IMG/VR virus record: IMGVR_UViG_2645727757_000001 | Span: 1-64,000 of that record | Source: a virus | Lineage: Duplodnaviria > Caudoviricetes | Reading direction: 5' to 3' (one strand) | Length of the DNA stretch: 64,000 bases | In this document: positions 39,462 to 51,400 of the stretch, in pieces | How positions within the stretch are numbered: the stretch's first letter is position 1 | How the letters are laid out: each line of letters starts with the position of its first letter | Made by a program: the position numbers and the translations under genes | Notes under the pieces: model-generated | The model's database searches: none | Told to the model about the DNA's origin: nothing | What the model saw: only the letters and a program-made list of their open reading frames with translations

Positions 39462-41585
39462 ATGGCATATGATATTAATTCCTCCATAAAGGAAGTTCTT
39501 AAAGAAGAAGTAACAAAAGAATATGAAGATAAAATATCTATAGAAGAGCTTTATGAAAAAATAAATAAATTAGAAAAATTTCTAAAAACTCCAATGCAAA
39601 CTGAAATAAAAGAAGTTGGAGATATTATAAAATCAGAAGAAACTAAAAAGACAATTAATGAATTAATCTTTGATATTAAAGTTGCATTTAAGCATTTTTC
39701 TAATGTTGAAAATGAAGTAATGCTCAAGCTAAAGGAAAAAGAATCTGAATTTACAAGAATAATTAAAAACATAGAAAAACAAAATAGAGTTCTTGAAAAT
39801 TACGAATCCTATATAAAAATAAATACAGAACCAATAGTAATAAAAGAAGATTTTACATCAACAAATAATATAGAAACTGATCTTACTTTATATAAAGAAA
39901 GATATGGAACACCAGTTTCTAAAATGACAGCAACAACATTAGTTACTGATTGTTCTGCATTAATGTTACCTAAGACAAGAAGTCTTAATTTAGCTTTTAA
40001 CAACGGAGTTATATCAGCAGATGTTAATATAACAAAACAATATTGTAGTGAAAATGCTAATAAGACTACCTCTTCTAATATACCTAAAAACATTCTAATA
40101 CCTAATTCCGCAGAGATATGGATGGAAGATATATATACAGATGAACCTATAAAGATTTCAGAAATAAACAACAAATATGAAATAAATACTGGAGCTTTAT
40201 GTGAAATAGAAATAAATTTTGAAGCTGTAACTGTTCTTAATGAGATAATATTAAAACCTTGTAGCAAATATCCAGTAGATTTACTTGCAATCGAATATGT
40301 AAGAACTGATTCAGCAAAGGAATCAAGAAAAAATCTTTATATACAAAAGCAATTAAAAAGAGAATATGATTCTAATTTTATAGAAGCTCCAATATCGTAT
40401 AGATTCCCTAATGTATTAGTTAAAAAGATTTATATAACAATAAATCAACTACATTATGAGAGAGTAAATATAAAAGAAGATATTAATACTAAGCTCATAG
40501 AAAGAGCTAAATATAATTTAGAGAATCCTAAATATAATTATGATAATTGCTTATTTAAACCAACATATAAAGATATGATAAGAAAAGATCCAAAGACACC
40601 TATATTTTCTTTAAATGCTGGTGATGACAAGTTAGATGACCTTGAAGCCTTATTATTCAATACAGATAACACCTTAAAAAATAAAATTAAATATAATTAT
40701 AGCTATGGATTAAGGAACGTTACTTTAAATAATAATGAGTTTGATAATACAGGCATTTATGTAAGTAAACCAATAAAAATATTAGATGGTATAAAAGCTG
40801 TAAGTATTATAGTTGATGAAGAGCATAACAAAAATGAAAATGATGAATATGTAACAGATATAGAATATTATATGACAACATCACTTACTCCAGATTTTAA
40901 AAGCTGGAAGTCTATATTACCTACTAATAAGGCTTATATCTATAATGAACTACTACAAGACTATGATGGAAAATGTTATTTAAGATTCCCTGCTACAAAA
41001 GTAACTACAGTTAAAATGGATGGTGTTGACCTTGAAGCTGGGCTTGATTACTTTTTAAAGCATAATGATGAAGGATATATTGAAGCTATTGAGATACCAG
41101 ATATGGATTATATATCTCTATACACAGTAAGCTATCAACCTAATCCAACTGATAATATCATAGAACTTAAAGAGTTAAGTGACGTTTCATCTTATGAAGA
41201 ATTTAATTCAGAAGGAAGATCAAGTTTTATTTTAAAGAATAAAATATATGCAAACAATCTTAAAAATGTACAAGTTAAAATTATTGACGCTATAACTGGA
41301 AAAGTAATAGCTACTGAAGGAGAATCAGTCTTTAATGTAACTAATATGTATAACGTTGAAGAGAGTTATAAAGATTTTACTATAACTGATAAATACCAAT
41401 ATTATGTTAATGGTAAAAATATTTATTTTAATAAAGCAATAAAAGAAAATTATAAAGTAGTTGTCTATTATATTTATGAAATAAATACTATCAGATTTAA
41501 AGCTATTTTGAGAAGAAATACAAAATATGATAAGTATTTAACTCCTGTAGTTAAAAAGCTGGAGTATAAATTTATAACAAAATAA
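39462..41585 (+). CDS. Structural protein, coiled-coil + beta-sandwich paralog 1
   Basis: Helical N-terminus, then EDF, G.YVSKPI, DIEYY and terminal TPVVKKLEYK. Confidence 0.55.
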   Translation: MAYDINSSIKEVLKEEVTKEYEDKISIEELYEKINKLEKFLKTPMQTEIKEVGDIIKSEETKKTINELIFDIKVAFKHFSNVENEVMLKLKEKESEFTRIIKNIEKQNRVLENYESYIKINTEPIVIKEDFTSTNNIETDLTLYKERYGTPVSKMTATTLVTDCSALMLPKTRSLNLAFNNGVISADVNITKQYCSENANKTTSSNIPKNILIPNSAEIWMEDIYTDEPIKISEINNKYEINTGALCEIEINFEAVTVLNEIILKPCSKYPVDLLAIEYVRTDSAKESRKNLYIQKQLKREYDSNFIEAPISYRFPNVLVKKIYITINQLHYERVNIKEDINTKLIERAKYNLENPKYNYDNCLFKPTYKDMIRKDPKTPIFSLNAGDDKLDDLEALLFNTDNTLKNKIKYNYSYGLRNVTLNNNEFDNTGIYVSKPIKILDGIKAVSIIVDEEHNKNENDEYVTDIEYYMTTSLTPDFKSWKSILPTNKAYIYNELLQDYDGKCYLRFPATKVTTVKMDGVDLEAGLDYFLKHNDEGYIEAIEIPDMDYISLYTVSYQPNPTDNIIELKELSDVSSYEEFNSEGRSSFILKNKIYANNLKNVQVKIIDAITGKVIATEGESVFNVTNMYNVEESYKDFTITDKYQYYVNGKNIYFNKAIKENYKVVVYYIYEINTIRFKAILRRNTKYDKYLTPVVKKLEYKFITK

Positions 41586-41600
41586 GCGAGGAAAAATAAA

Positions 41601-43307
41601 ATGGATTTTTTTATAAATGGTAGCGATTCTATCGCTAATGAAGGTAAAAAAATACTAGATGATATTAATAATAAAGTTAAGTTAGGATTATTCAACAACA
41701 ATACTGAATTAACTTATAAATATAAAGAAAAAATCTTAGGTCTTTATGATGATATTCACCTAGCTAAATTTAAGCCTTGTTATGCTAAAGACACATTATT
41801 AAAAGATGAATATATGCAAATGATAACTACACTAGCGTTAGATATTGAAGATACATTAAATGAAGTTGAAAACATATCTAAAACAGTAGACACAAAAACT
41901 GATGACATAGATTTAATTAAGAAAAACTTATTAAACACTAGCAGATTAATAAATATGGATATAGATAATCTAAAAAAGAGTGTTGAGGACTATGCAGAGG
42001 TTGGTCTAAGTAGTTTTATAGATAGTTTTAATGAAGATGAATCAAATTCCTCAAACAATATTAAAAATCAAAAAGGTTTTTTAACTCTACCATATAAATC
42101 ATATCAAGACTTATCTTCATCATCTGTAATTGAGGTCTTAGAAACCAATGCATTACCAGGTAATACTCACGTAGCTACTGAAAGTTATTCAAATATTGTT
42201 TATGATGGAGAAATAGATCCGATGTTATCATTAGCTAATATTCTTGATAACAACAATGAAACTAGGTTTGAATGTGAAATGTTTGAAATATTAGATTCTA
42301 CTTATGAAGAATGTAACGGAGCAGGATTTAGGTATAAAGAAGGTGTAAGTTGGGTTACAGAAGATAATAAAATATATTTAAAGATAAGACTAAGCTTATC
42401 AACTAAACAGGTAGCTAATTGGTTTAGCATAACTCCTTATATTCCACCTACAAGCACTTATATTAATAGTGTTATTAAAACTATTATAATATCTGATGGA
42501 AACAATGATATTAAAAAAATGATAGAGGATATTGATTTTAATGATACTATAATTATTCCATTTAAAGAGATGGAAGTAAAATATGTAGATATTTTAATAG
42601 AACAATCAAATGCCTATGATGTAGAGGTTGCACACGATGTTGTAACCAAGCTAAATTCAAATAAAAATTATCTTGATACAAAAAGTATTAAGGTTTATGA
42701 GAGAGAAAATATAAGTATAAGAAATTTATCAAGTTTAGGTGTTAAATATGATACAAGAACCAAAAAGATAACTATTCCAAAATCAAATGAAAAGTCAAAT
42801 GTTAATGTAAATAACCTAAATAATATTTTTGGTGAAATAATGACTGATAATTCATATGATTATAGAACTGAAATAATAAAAGCTAAAAGATATAATATTT
42901 CAATATTAAACGCTAACTTAGGAAATTATTCTTTTGAGGATGAATATACTTATACTTCAAAAGCATTTAGCTGTTCTAATGATATAAATAGCATAATATT
43001 AAATGCTAATGATTCATTAGATGATGACAATATAAAATATTATGTTACTTTAGATAATGGTTCTACCTGGATTAGAATTTATCCTAAAGAAAGAGCTTAT
43101 AAAGGTGCTTGTTGTATAAAAATAAATTCTACAACTCCATTATATGAAAGAGATCCAAAGATTATATATGTAGATAAATTAACTAATGTTAGGTCTATAA
43201 TACTTAAAATAGAACTTACTAAGCCAACTGATAATAGCAGTATACCTATTGTATATAATTATAGGCTCAATGTATCAAGCGAGGTGGATGACAATGATAA
43301 TAGATAA
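41601..43307 (+). CDS. Structural protein, paralog 2
   Basis: Helical N-terminus, DSF, NILDNNNET, YTSKAF, IKYYV, terminal IPIVYNYRL. Confidence 0.55.
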   Translation: MDFFINGSDSIANEGKKILDDINNKVKLGLFNNNTELTYKYKEKILGLYDDIHLAKFKPCYAKDTLLKDEYMQMITTLALDIEDTLNEVENISKTVDTKTDDIDLIKKNLLNTSRLINMDIDNLKKSVEDYAEVGLSSFIDSFNEDESNSSNNIKNQKGFLTLPYKSYQDLSSSSVIEVLETNALPGNTHVATESYSNIVYDGEIDPMLSLANILDNNNETRFECEMFEILDSTYEECNGAGFRYKEGVSWVTEDNKIYLKIRLSLSTKQVANWFSITPYIPPTSTYINSVIKTIIISDGNNDIKKMIEDIDFNDTIIIPFKEMEVKYVDILIEQSNAYDVEVAHDVVTKLNSNKNYLDTKSIKVYERENISIRNLSSLGVKYDTRTKKITIPKSNEKSNVNVNNLNNIFGEIMTDNSYDYRTEIIKAKRYNISILNANLGNYSFEDEYTYTSKAFSCSNDINSIILNANDSLDDDNIKYYVTLDNGSTWIRIYPKERAYKGACCIKINSTTPLYERDPKIIYVDKLTNVRSIILKIELTKPTDNSSIPIVYNYRLNVSSEVDDNDNR

Positions 43308-45318
43308 AATTCACAGAGAAAAGATTAAAGAAAAGTCTATAAGTAGTTCTGTTAAAAACGGAATTGTACCAGCTTCTAAAAACGTAAAGAGCATAATTAA
43401 AGATTATCTTGCTAATATTAATCCTGGAAAATGCAATATAGATTTTATAGACATAGAGAGTTATTCAAAATCTAATCCAGAAAAATGGAATACTATAATT
43501 AAACAAATAGATTATGAAGTAGATACAATGATTAAAGCTCAAAAGACAATTAAAGATGAAATAAATTATTTGGGGAATAGGATAGCAGAACTACAGGATA
43601 AAGCTGTAGCAGAAACTCAAAAAATAAATCAAAGAATTTTAAATTTAAAAGAGATTCTTGCTAACTCCACTACTTATACAAATAAAAATTATATTTTTGA
43701 TGATTTTAAAAATATAGAATTTTATTCGGATAAGGAAAGAAATTTACCTTCTACAACAGCATTTATAGACTTACTTAATAAAAGAGTATCTAATATCAAG
43801 AAAGATTATGAGTTTTCTAACATAAATTTAGAAAGTGCATCTATAAAAATTAATATAGATACAAATGGAGAAGGTTCTGTAATTGGTGATATTAAAAATA
43901 TTATAAAGAATGATAACAAACCTGTTTTAATATCTTCTGAAAGTAATATAAACTTATATTTTAATGCAGAAATAGAGGTAGCACTACTTATACCAACCTT
44001 TATGAATAATATAAAGATTAATTTAAGTAGTGTATCTAAAATTAAATGTTCTCTTAGGATCGTAGACGAAGATGGAATTACACATACACTAAATGATATA
44101 GAAACTATAAACTTAGCAGAGTGGAGCTTTATCCAAAAGAAGGTATCTAAATTTTATATAACATTTGCAGCAGATAAACAAAGTGGGGTAACGGAACAAA
44201 AAATATACACTAGTAGCTTTATGTTAAATAAGATTGAAGCATTTAATGATTTCTTTGAAACAACTTCAACTTTTGTTACTAAAACAATGAATTTCCCACA
44301 AATATTGGATGCTGTAAAGCTAGAGGCTAATGATGTATTAATGCCTAAAACAAACATTGAATACTTTATTGCCATAGATAATGGAATAGCACCTTTAAAT
44401 TGGGTAAATGTTAAAAATAATTGTGAAACTAGTTTAAATATGCTAAATGAACAACAAGAAATACTCAACAATACTATTCCTTATTTTGGTCATGCTATAA
44501 ATAATGATTGCTATTTGATTGGAAGCTTAAATAAACATTATAATTCAAATTCTTTAATGCTTTTATCTGGCTATCAACAATGGAATGTAGAAGTATTAAA
44601 CTCTACTAAGTTTGATAGTAATTATACTTTAAATATGAATGATTATAGTAAAGATAAAATAATTGAAAGAACTAGCATAGATTATGAGAGCTATAAGATA
44701 AATATTAAGCAAAATAAAATGTATGCTATGAGTACTATAGTTTATTGTGATAAAGACTTTGAATCAAAAGAATTTTATATTAATAGTAATGTTCCTAAAG
44801 GAAGTACATTCCAAACTATAGTTATTTTTAATCATAATATAGTTAAAAAGACTAAAGGAACTTATAAATTTGCTTTTAGAAAAGGAAAAAATATAATTAA
44901 TATTTTATTATTCACAAATAAAGATTGTAGCTTTACTCACAATTTAAACTTTAAAACAATATCTCAAAATTGTGGCCACGGTGGAAAGCTAAAACAAGTA
45001 AGTGAAAGTTATCTAAAAAATAATCTTTATAAAAATAATGATGAATATTTTTGTGTAGATAGCAGCAATAATATTTTAGTTAAAATAAATCCTCTTCAAT
45101 TATCAGAATATTTTAAAAGTGATATAGAGAAAAGCGATTTTAACTTCCAAGACTATACAAGATACTATCTATCATATAAATATCTTCCAAAAGAAAATTA
45201 TCATTTATGCTTAAAAAATAATATTCCAAACACCAATATTAGGTTAATGGCTGTATTAAATAGTGAAAGCATATATATATCACCAGAGCTTACAAGCTAT
45301 GTTCTGAAAGGTAGGTAA
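43294..45318 (+). CDS. Structural protein, paralog 3
   Basis: Start moved to ATG 43294 (gaggtg at 43281); DDF, FVTKTM, NIEYFI, terminal SPELTSYVLK. Confidence 0.55.
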   Translation: MIIDKIHREKIKEKSISSSVKNGIVPASKNVKSIIKDYLANINPGKCNIDFIDIESYSKSNPEKWNTIIKQIDYEVDTMIKAQKTIKDEINYLGNRIAELQDKAVAETQKINQRILNLKEILANSTTYTNKNYIFDDFKNIEFYSDKERNLPSTTAFIDLLNKRVSNIKKDYEFSNINLESASIKINIDTNGEGSVIGDIKNIIKNDNKPVLISSESNINLYFNAEIEVALLIPTFMNNIKINLSSVSKIKCSLRIVDEDGITHTLNDIETINLAEWSFIQKKVSKFYITFAADKQSGVTEQKIYTSSFMLNKIEAFNDFFETTSTFVTKTMNFPQILDAVKLEANDVLMPKTNIEYFIAIDNGIAPLNWVNVKNNCETSLNMLNEQQEILNNTIPYFGHAINNDCYLIGSLNKHYNSNSLMLLSGYQQWNVEVLNSTKFDSNYTLNMNDYSKDKIIERTSIDYESYKINIKQNKMYAMSTIVYCDKDFESKEFYINSNVPKGSTFQTIVIFNHNIVKKTKGTYKFAFRKGKNIINILLFTNKDCSFTHNLNFKTISQNCGHGGKLKQVSESYLKNNLYKNNDEYFCVDSSNNILVKINPLQLSEYFKSDIEKSDFNFQDYTRYYLSYKYLPKENYHLCLKNNIPNTNIRLMAVLNSESIYISPELTSYVLKGR

Positions 45319-45323
45319 CTAAT

Positions 45324-45554
45324 ATGATATTTCCTAAAATGACTAATAGAAACAATAGATATAGAGGACCACTAGAAAGTGAAAAAGAAATAAAATCAGA
45401 TCTTGAAGCAAGAAATGCTGTAAAAGAGCTTTCTGCTGAACTAAATAAATTATTTGATATGTATGATTATTTAATCCAGGATAATCAAAAAAATAAATAT
45501 TTAGATTATAGTAATGTAGCAAATTTAAATATAAAAATTAATGGGGTGAAATAG
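45324..45554 (+). CDS. Small structural/hypothetical protein
   Basis: RBS aggtagg; RYRGPLESEK motif then a coiled coil. Confidence 0.5.
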   Translation: MIFPKMTNRNNRYRGPLESEKEIKSDLEARNAVKELSAELNKLFDMYDYLIQDNQKNKYLDYSNVANLNIKINGVK

Positions 45555-46732
45555 TGAACAATTTTTTTACGTCAGTACCGACATCGAAAAATAAAACTGC
45601 TTCTTATAGAAGAATTATTAAAAGTTCTGATATTAATGAAAGACAAGAGAATTTATTGCATGACATATTAGAGCTTTATAATAAATCAAATACCTTAAAT
45701 AATAAATTAAACCATACAATTACGCTTATGGATTATGAAAATAAATTTTTAAGAAGAAAAATTGAGGCATTGGAAAATAAATTTAATGATAAATTTGATG
45801 AAGGAAAAATTAATAATATAAAGATATTTCCATCTGATATGAACAGCAATGAAGACTATCCAGTAGAAATTAATTATATGTCATATGATTTATCACAAAA
45901 TATTATAAAAAGAATATCAAAAATAAATATTTATGATGAATTAACAGATAAAACAATTGTCCCTGCATCTCTTAATGCGACATATAATATATTATATAAA
46001 ACTAATTCTTATTTAAGATTTAGTTCCAATGATTTACTAAATGCTTTTGATGGTAAGCATGAAACAGGATGGTTATGTAATGTAACTACAAATAATTCTG
46101 TAAATAGTGTACAAGCAGAAATAATTGTTACATTACCAGTTACAGCAGTAACATCTTATCAAGTTAATGAAATAATAGTAGAATCATTCCCTGTAGCATC
46201 AGTAAATATAAAAGCTATTCAATATTCCTCTTCATACATTACGTGGACTGATATTCCTTCATTTGACGAGCATTACTTAAATACTGGTGATGGAATAAAA
46301 GAGAGTACTGTTGCTAGGTTTAATTTTAAACCTGTAGAAGCTAATAAAATAAGAATTGTATTAGAACAACCGTACTTTACTAATAAAAATAACCTAAGAG
46401 AATTTTGTTTTGGAGCAAAAGATATACAAATTAATTATACAAAGCCTAGTAACCAAGAAGGATTCTTTAATTTCACTTTAAATATTCCAGATACTATTAA
46501 TAAACCAACATTAGATAGTGTGAATATAATATACAATAACCCAAGCCAAATTGATGATAATGTTATAGAGCTTGAATATTTTTATAAAGATAATGAAGAT
46601 ATACTTCATAAGATTAATGGTTCATTACCATTAGCATTACCTTGTAATGAAATAGAAGTAAAAGGCAAGATTTATCAATGTGATAATACAGTTAATTTAA
46701 GTCATATTGACTTTAATATAGGCAACCAGTAA
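45554..46732 (+). CDS. Structural protein with discoidin-like domain (paralog 4)
   Basis: Coiled-coil N-terminus; NAFDGKHETGW; RFNFKPVEANKIRIVLEQ. Confidence 0.55.
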   Translation: MNNFFTSVPTSKNKTASYRRIIKSSDINERQENLLHDILELYNKSNTLNNKLNHTITLMDYENKFLRRKIEALENKFNDKFDEGKINNIKIFPSDMNSNEDYPVEINYMSYDLSQNIIKRISKINIYDELTDKTIVPASLNATYNILYKTNSYLRFSSNDLLNAFDGKHETGWLCNVTTNNSVNSVQAEIIVTLPVTAVTSYQVNEIIVESFPVASVNIKAIQYSSSYITWTDIPSFDEHYLNTGDGIKESTVARFNFKPVEANKIRIVLEQPYFTNKNNLREFCFGAKDIQINYTKPSNQEGFFNFTLNIPDTINKPTLDSVNIIYNNPSQIDDNVIELEYFYKDNEDILHKINGSLPLALPCNEIEVKGKIYQCDNTVNLSHIDFNIGNQ

Positions 46733-46733
46733 A

Positions 46734-46762
46734 TTGACATAAGACCTTGGAAGATTTATAAT
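46734..46762 (+). promoter_or_regulatory. Consensus sigmaA/sigma70 promoter for the replication block
   Basis: TTGACA (46734-46739), 17-bp spacer, TATAAT (46757-46762). Confidence 0.85.
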
Positions 46763-46797
46763 TTTTATAAGAAAATATTTACAGAAGAGGTAATATT

Positions 46798-47433
46798 ATG
46801 GAAATATCTGTGCATGATTTATTATATGATTTAAAGAAAAAACAATGTAAAGATTATAGGCTTTTTGCAACTAAAATATTATTCTTATTGGAAATAGGAT
46901 ATACAGGAGAGGATATTTTAGAAATGCTTAACAGCGATAATTACATTGATGAAATTAATAAACATTTAGAGATAGAAAAACAATCGGAAGTAGAGTACAA
47001 CTTATTACAGGAAGTTGGTACTATCTATTATCACAATGAACTTAAAATTAGTACGCCTCCAGTATTAATTAATTATGATATTAATACTGGAGAGCTTATA
47101 AAAGTAGAAGAAGAATATTTCCTTGAAATGAAAGCTAGTTACTGTATTAAAGATTTATTTAATTATATAAAGACAAAGAACTGTTTTTATGATTTAGATA
47201 ATGAAAATACAGTAATAGGATCATTAAAGTGGCTTCTTAAAAATTATAATTTAGAAATCATTCTGTATATGATAGATACAGCAAATGATATTATACAAGT
47301 TCAAAATAAAAAAAGAATAAAAATAATTGATATAAAAAATTATTATGAAGAAGCTATTGAGGCTAGAAATAGAAAGAAAAGTGAATTAATTATAAACGGA
47401 GCTGATAAAATTGTGCCAAGAAAAAGAAAATAA
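46798..47433 (+). CDS. Hypothetical protein, possibly replication-associated
   Basis: First gene after the consensus promoter; overlaps the primase start; RBS gagg. Confidence 0.5.
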   Translation: MEISVHDLLYDLKKKQCKDYRLFATKILFLLEIGYTGEDILEMLNSDNYIDEINKHLEIEKQSEVEYNLLQEVGTIYYHNELKISTPPVLINYDINTGELIKVEEEYFLEMKASYCIKDLFNYIKTKNCFYDLDNENTVIGSLKWLLKNYNLEIILYMIDTANDIIQVQNKKRIKIIDIKNYYEEAIEARNRKKSELIINGADKIVPRKRK

Positions 47434-48427
47434 TTTAATAGAGATAGGTTATTGGAAAGATATAAAAAATAAATTCTTTAAAAGAAGTATTTATATATCT
47501 CCAAAAGACTTTAGAAAATCTATACCTAGTGAAATTACTAAAGGTATTTTTAAATCAGTATATGTTTATAATTCAAGTAATATTGATGAATCTTTAGCTA
47601 TTGGAGATTTTTATTTAGACTTTGATAGCCCAGATGATTTTGAACTTGCTAGAACTGATGCAATAAAGGTCTTAGCATATTTAAAGATAGTATTTAAAAT
47701 ACAGTATGAAGAATGTAATATATTCTTTTCTGGAAGAAAGGGAGTTCATATTACAATTCCTTACTCGATATTAGGTATTAAACCTAGTAAAGACATAAAT
47801 ATAGTATTTAAATACATTGCAGAAAATGCTTTTAATTATACTAAAAATAAAACAGTTGATTTACAAATCTATGATAAGAAAAGACTATTTAGAGTTCCAA
47901 ATACACTTCACGAAAAGTCAAACCTGTATAAAATTCAGATAACCTATGAAGAATTAAGAGATATGTCGTATGAAGATATAAAATCTCTTGCAAAATCACC
48001 AAGAAAATTAATAAGAATAGTTAATGATACTAATAGTTTTGCTAGTAAAATGTATAAGCAATTTGAAGAAAAAGCTATTGAATCATTAAATACAAAAAGC
48101 AATATAAAATCTAATCAAACTTTATCTTACACTCCACCTTGCATTATAAGTTTAATGGAAAATGGCGCTAAAGAAGGTTTTAGAAATAATAGCATAGCTG
48201 TTTTGGCAAGTTTTTATAAGGCTTGTGGTAGCGATTCTGATAGAACTAAAGAAATAATATCAGAATGGAATTCAAAATATAACAGTCCACCTACTGATAG
48301 TATTGAGATTGAAAAAACAGTTATGAGTATATATTCGACTAATAAGCCTTTTGGATGCAATAAAATAAAAACTTTATCTGATTGCAAGGAAAATGAATGT
48401 AAGCTTGTAAAAAATAGAAGAAAATAA
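47411..48427 (+). CDS. Archaeo-eukaryotic primase (AEP) with PriCT/PriL-C-like Cys-containing C-terminal domain
   Basis: Motif I DFYLDFD, motif II FSGRKGVH, motif III DLQIYDKKRLFRVPNT.H.KS; C-terminal PPCI...GFRNN...W N...GC..IK...C....C. Confidence 0.85.
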   Translation: MCQEKENNLIEIGYWKDIKNKFFKRSIYISPKDFRKSIPSEITKGIFKSVYVYNSSNIDESLAIGDFYLDFDSPDDFELARTDAIKVLAYLKIVFKIQYEECNIFFSGRKGVHITIPYSILGIKPSKDINIVFKYIAENAFNYTKNKTVDLQIYDKKRLFRVPNTLHEKSNLYKIQITYEELRDMSYEDIKSLAKSPRKLIRIVNDTNSFASKMYKQFEEKAIESLNTKSNIKSNQTLSYTPPCIISLMENGAKEGFRNNSIAVLASFYKACGSDSDRTKEIISEWNSKYNSPPTDSIEIEKTVMSIYSTNKPFGCNKIKTLSDCKENECKLVKNRRK

Positions 48428-48473
48428 TACAAAAATCTAAAAAATAGATTAATCAAATTTTTAGGGTGTTTTT

Positions 48474-51400
48474 ATGGCATTAAAATTTCAAAAAATAATA
48501 ATGAAAAACGGTAATAAAATAAAATTACCAAAACTAAATGTTGCAGAATTTGGATTTTGCAAAGATACTGATGAAATATTTATAGGAAGTATTAATAACA
48601 ATATAGAGATAGCTAAAAAATCTCATGTAGATGAAGTAGAAAAAACCTTAATTGACAAAATAAATAAATTACCAAAAGTGCCTAGAATAGTTAATAATTT
48701 AACTACTGGTGGTGAAGATAGTGCATTATCAGCAGAACAAGGAAAAGTTTTAAATTCACAACTTACTGAAATTGCGAATGATTTTGATGAGGCAGTCGCA
48801 AATGTGACCAATGGAAATGAAAATGCTACAAATAGTGAAATTGTACAGGCAAGAGGTGGAAAAGTTAATCTAAATAAAAGATTAGATGATTTTGATTCAC
48901 AATTGTCTGATATTGAAACTAAAAAAGCAAACTTAGATACCGTTTTTACCATGGCTAATATGGGTCAAGATATTAAAGAATCTATGACTGGTGGAAGTGT
49001 TGCAGTAGTTGGTATAGATTCGGTTTTAACAGAGAATATTGTGGATAAACAAGTTACAGCTGAAAAAACAAATTTTATAAACGTAACAAAGTCTATAAAT
49101 GTATTTAATCAAGAAGAAGCAGTTTTAGGAAAATATCAACAAAATGCAACTCAAGTAATAGTGAATAATGAAAGATATATGGTAGCAATCTATGTTAAAG
49201 AAGGAGATGTTATTAGAGCAACATATAATTCAACTTTGGCAGATAATCCATGTCAGATATTTGATAAAGATGGTAATAGAGTTGGATATAAAAATACGCT
49301 TGAAGATTATACTGTGGTTAGTAATTCAAATTGGCAAAAATCATATTGGCAAGCAACGATGCCGAGTGGAAGTTATAAAATAATAATAAATGGAAAAATA
49401 TCACAAATGCCTTATAATATGGTTACTATAAATAATAATTTCCCAGGGGAATATATTGAATATTTTAAAAAATTAGGGCTTGATGAAGATATTGAAATAA
49501 ATGCTATTAAACCACTTAAAGAAGATTTAATCTCGATGAAAGAAAATATTTTTAATATAGAAGATAGGTTATCGGAAAAACAACAATTACCAATGATTGA
49601 AATCGATAATTCTTATATGTCTATCTTAGATATGCTTAGCGATGTAAAAATACAAAATGGGGAAGAAATCACTATAACTATACCTCCTAGAGATGAAGTT
49701 TTGAAAAATGCTACTATAAGATTAGGACTTCATAAATCTGAATTAGTTAATAATAATGATTGGAATGAAATTTATAGCGATGCTTTTGATAAAAATTTTA
49801 ATGGAATAAGATTTTTTGATGGAGAAGAAGAGCTTGAATACAATATATTAAGCTATGGCAACTATGATTTTATAAAAGAGTATAATTTTTTTACTCAAAG
49901 TAGAGCTGGAATTAAATGTTTCTCTGATAATTCTTTAGTTATAAATAGAGGCACAAGTGGTATTTGTAAGTCTAATGATAACGGAGCAAGTTGGATACCT
50001 TTATGCGGTGGTATTAGTGGTGCTGGAAGATTACTTATTTTTATAGATAGTAAAGATAATATGTACGTAATGGATACAAATGATTTTAAAGTATACAGGT
50101 ATAGTCCAGATGATAATCACACTAACGGGATTGTTTGTTTGGATTTGAGTGAAAAAAAACAAGTATGTGGTGATATACAAGAAGCACCTAATGGTTATTT
50201 ATTTTTCGGAACATATCAAGATGCGTACGGATTAGGAGGAACTGTATATCGTAGTATAAACAATGGATTAACTTTCCAAAAGGTATTTCATAATGCAGAA
50301 GTTCAACATGTTCATAATATTAGTATTAATAAATATACAAATCCTGTTGAAATTTTCGTGGGATTTGACCATCAAGATGTTAGGGGGGCTAGATGTTTTG
50401 TATCTAAAGACCTTGGAGAAACTTGGACGGATGTAGATATACCTTACAGAAATAGAGATTACGCCTTTGACTATTGTGAAGAAAATCTTTATTTAGGTTG
50501 TGGTGAAGCGAATATACTTGGTGGCGTTACAATATACAAAACAACAGACTATAACGATAAAAGATTGTATAAAACTGTTGCGAACAACAAACAAGGTATG
50601 AGGACTATTATTAATATAGGGGATGGTAGATTATTAGCAGGTGGTTGCTCTGGAGGCACTAACCAAATACCACAACTATACTTATCACAAGACAAAGGGG
50701 ATACTTGGAAAACAATTTGGTGCGAAGATTTACAAAGCAGTGGTTCGGCTGGTAATTACGTGCGATTCTTTACACCTCATATAGTGCCTAAAGGAGCAGA
50801 TAAAAAACAAATTTTAATTAGCGGCTTTGGGCAACCATACACTTTAAGATGTTTCTTTGGTGAAGATAATTACTATGCTATTGCTTACGTTAATGTAGGA
50901 GATATACCTACGAGCGGAAAAACAATTAAGTTGAAAACAGGATATGTTATTAATAAAGATTGCTCCAAGGACATGAAAGTAGAACCAGAAGGATTGGCTT
51001 TTAATGTTAAGTTTGATAAACCTAATTCGTTACAAGACAGTGTGAGTGGTAAGGAAGTTTTTGTTGAAAATGCTTTAATTGATAGTGCTGATTTATTCGA
51101 AGATAATTTTTTACCTCGAAAAATATATCAAAATAAAGTGTTATGTCTTAAAAATAATTCTATTAATTTAGGTAAGTTTAAAAACCTAAGCTTCAACAAA
51201 GGATTCACATTTAGTTTTTGGATGAAAGCAAAAGAATATGCAGATATGAGAGAAGATAATACTAGACATCCTATTATAAGATTTGGTAATTTCAAAATAG
51301 TTATAAAAAGTAACAAATTAGTTATTTATAATAATAACAATCTTTTAGCTTCAGTGGATTTATATATAGCTTCCTTGTGTTCAGAAGGTTATAACTTATA

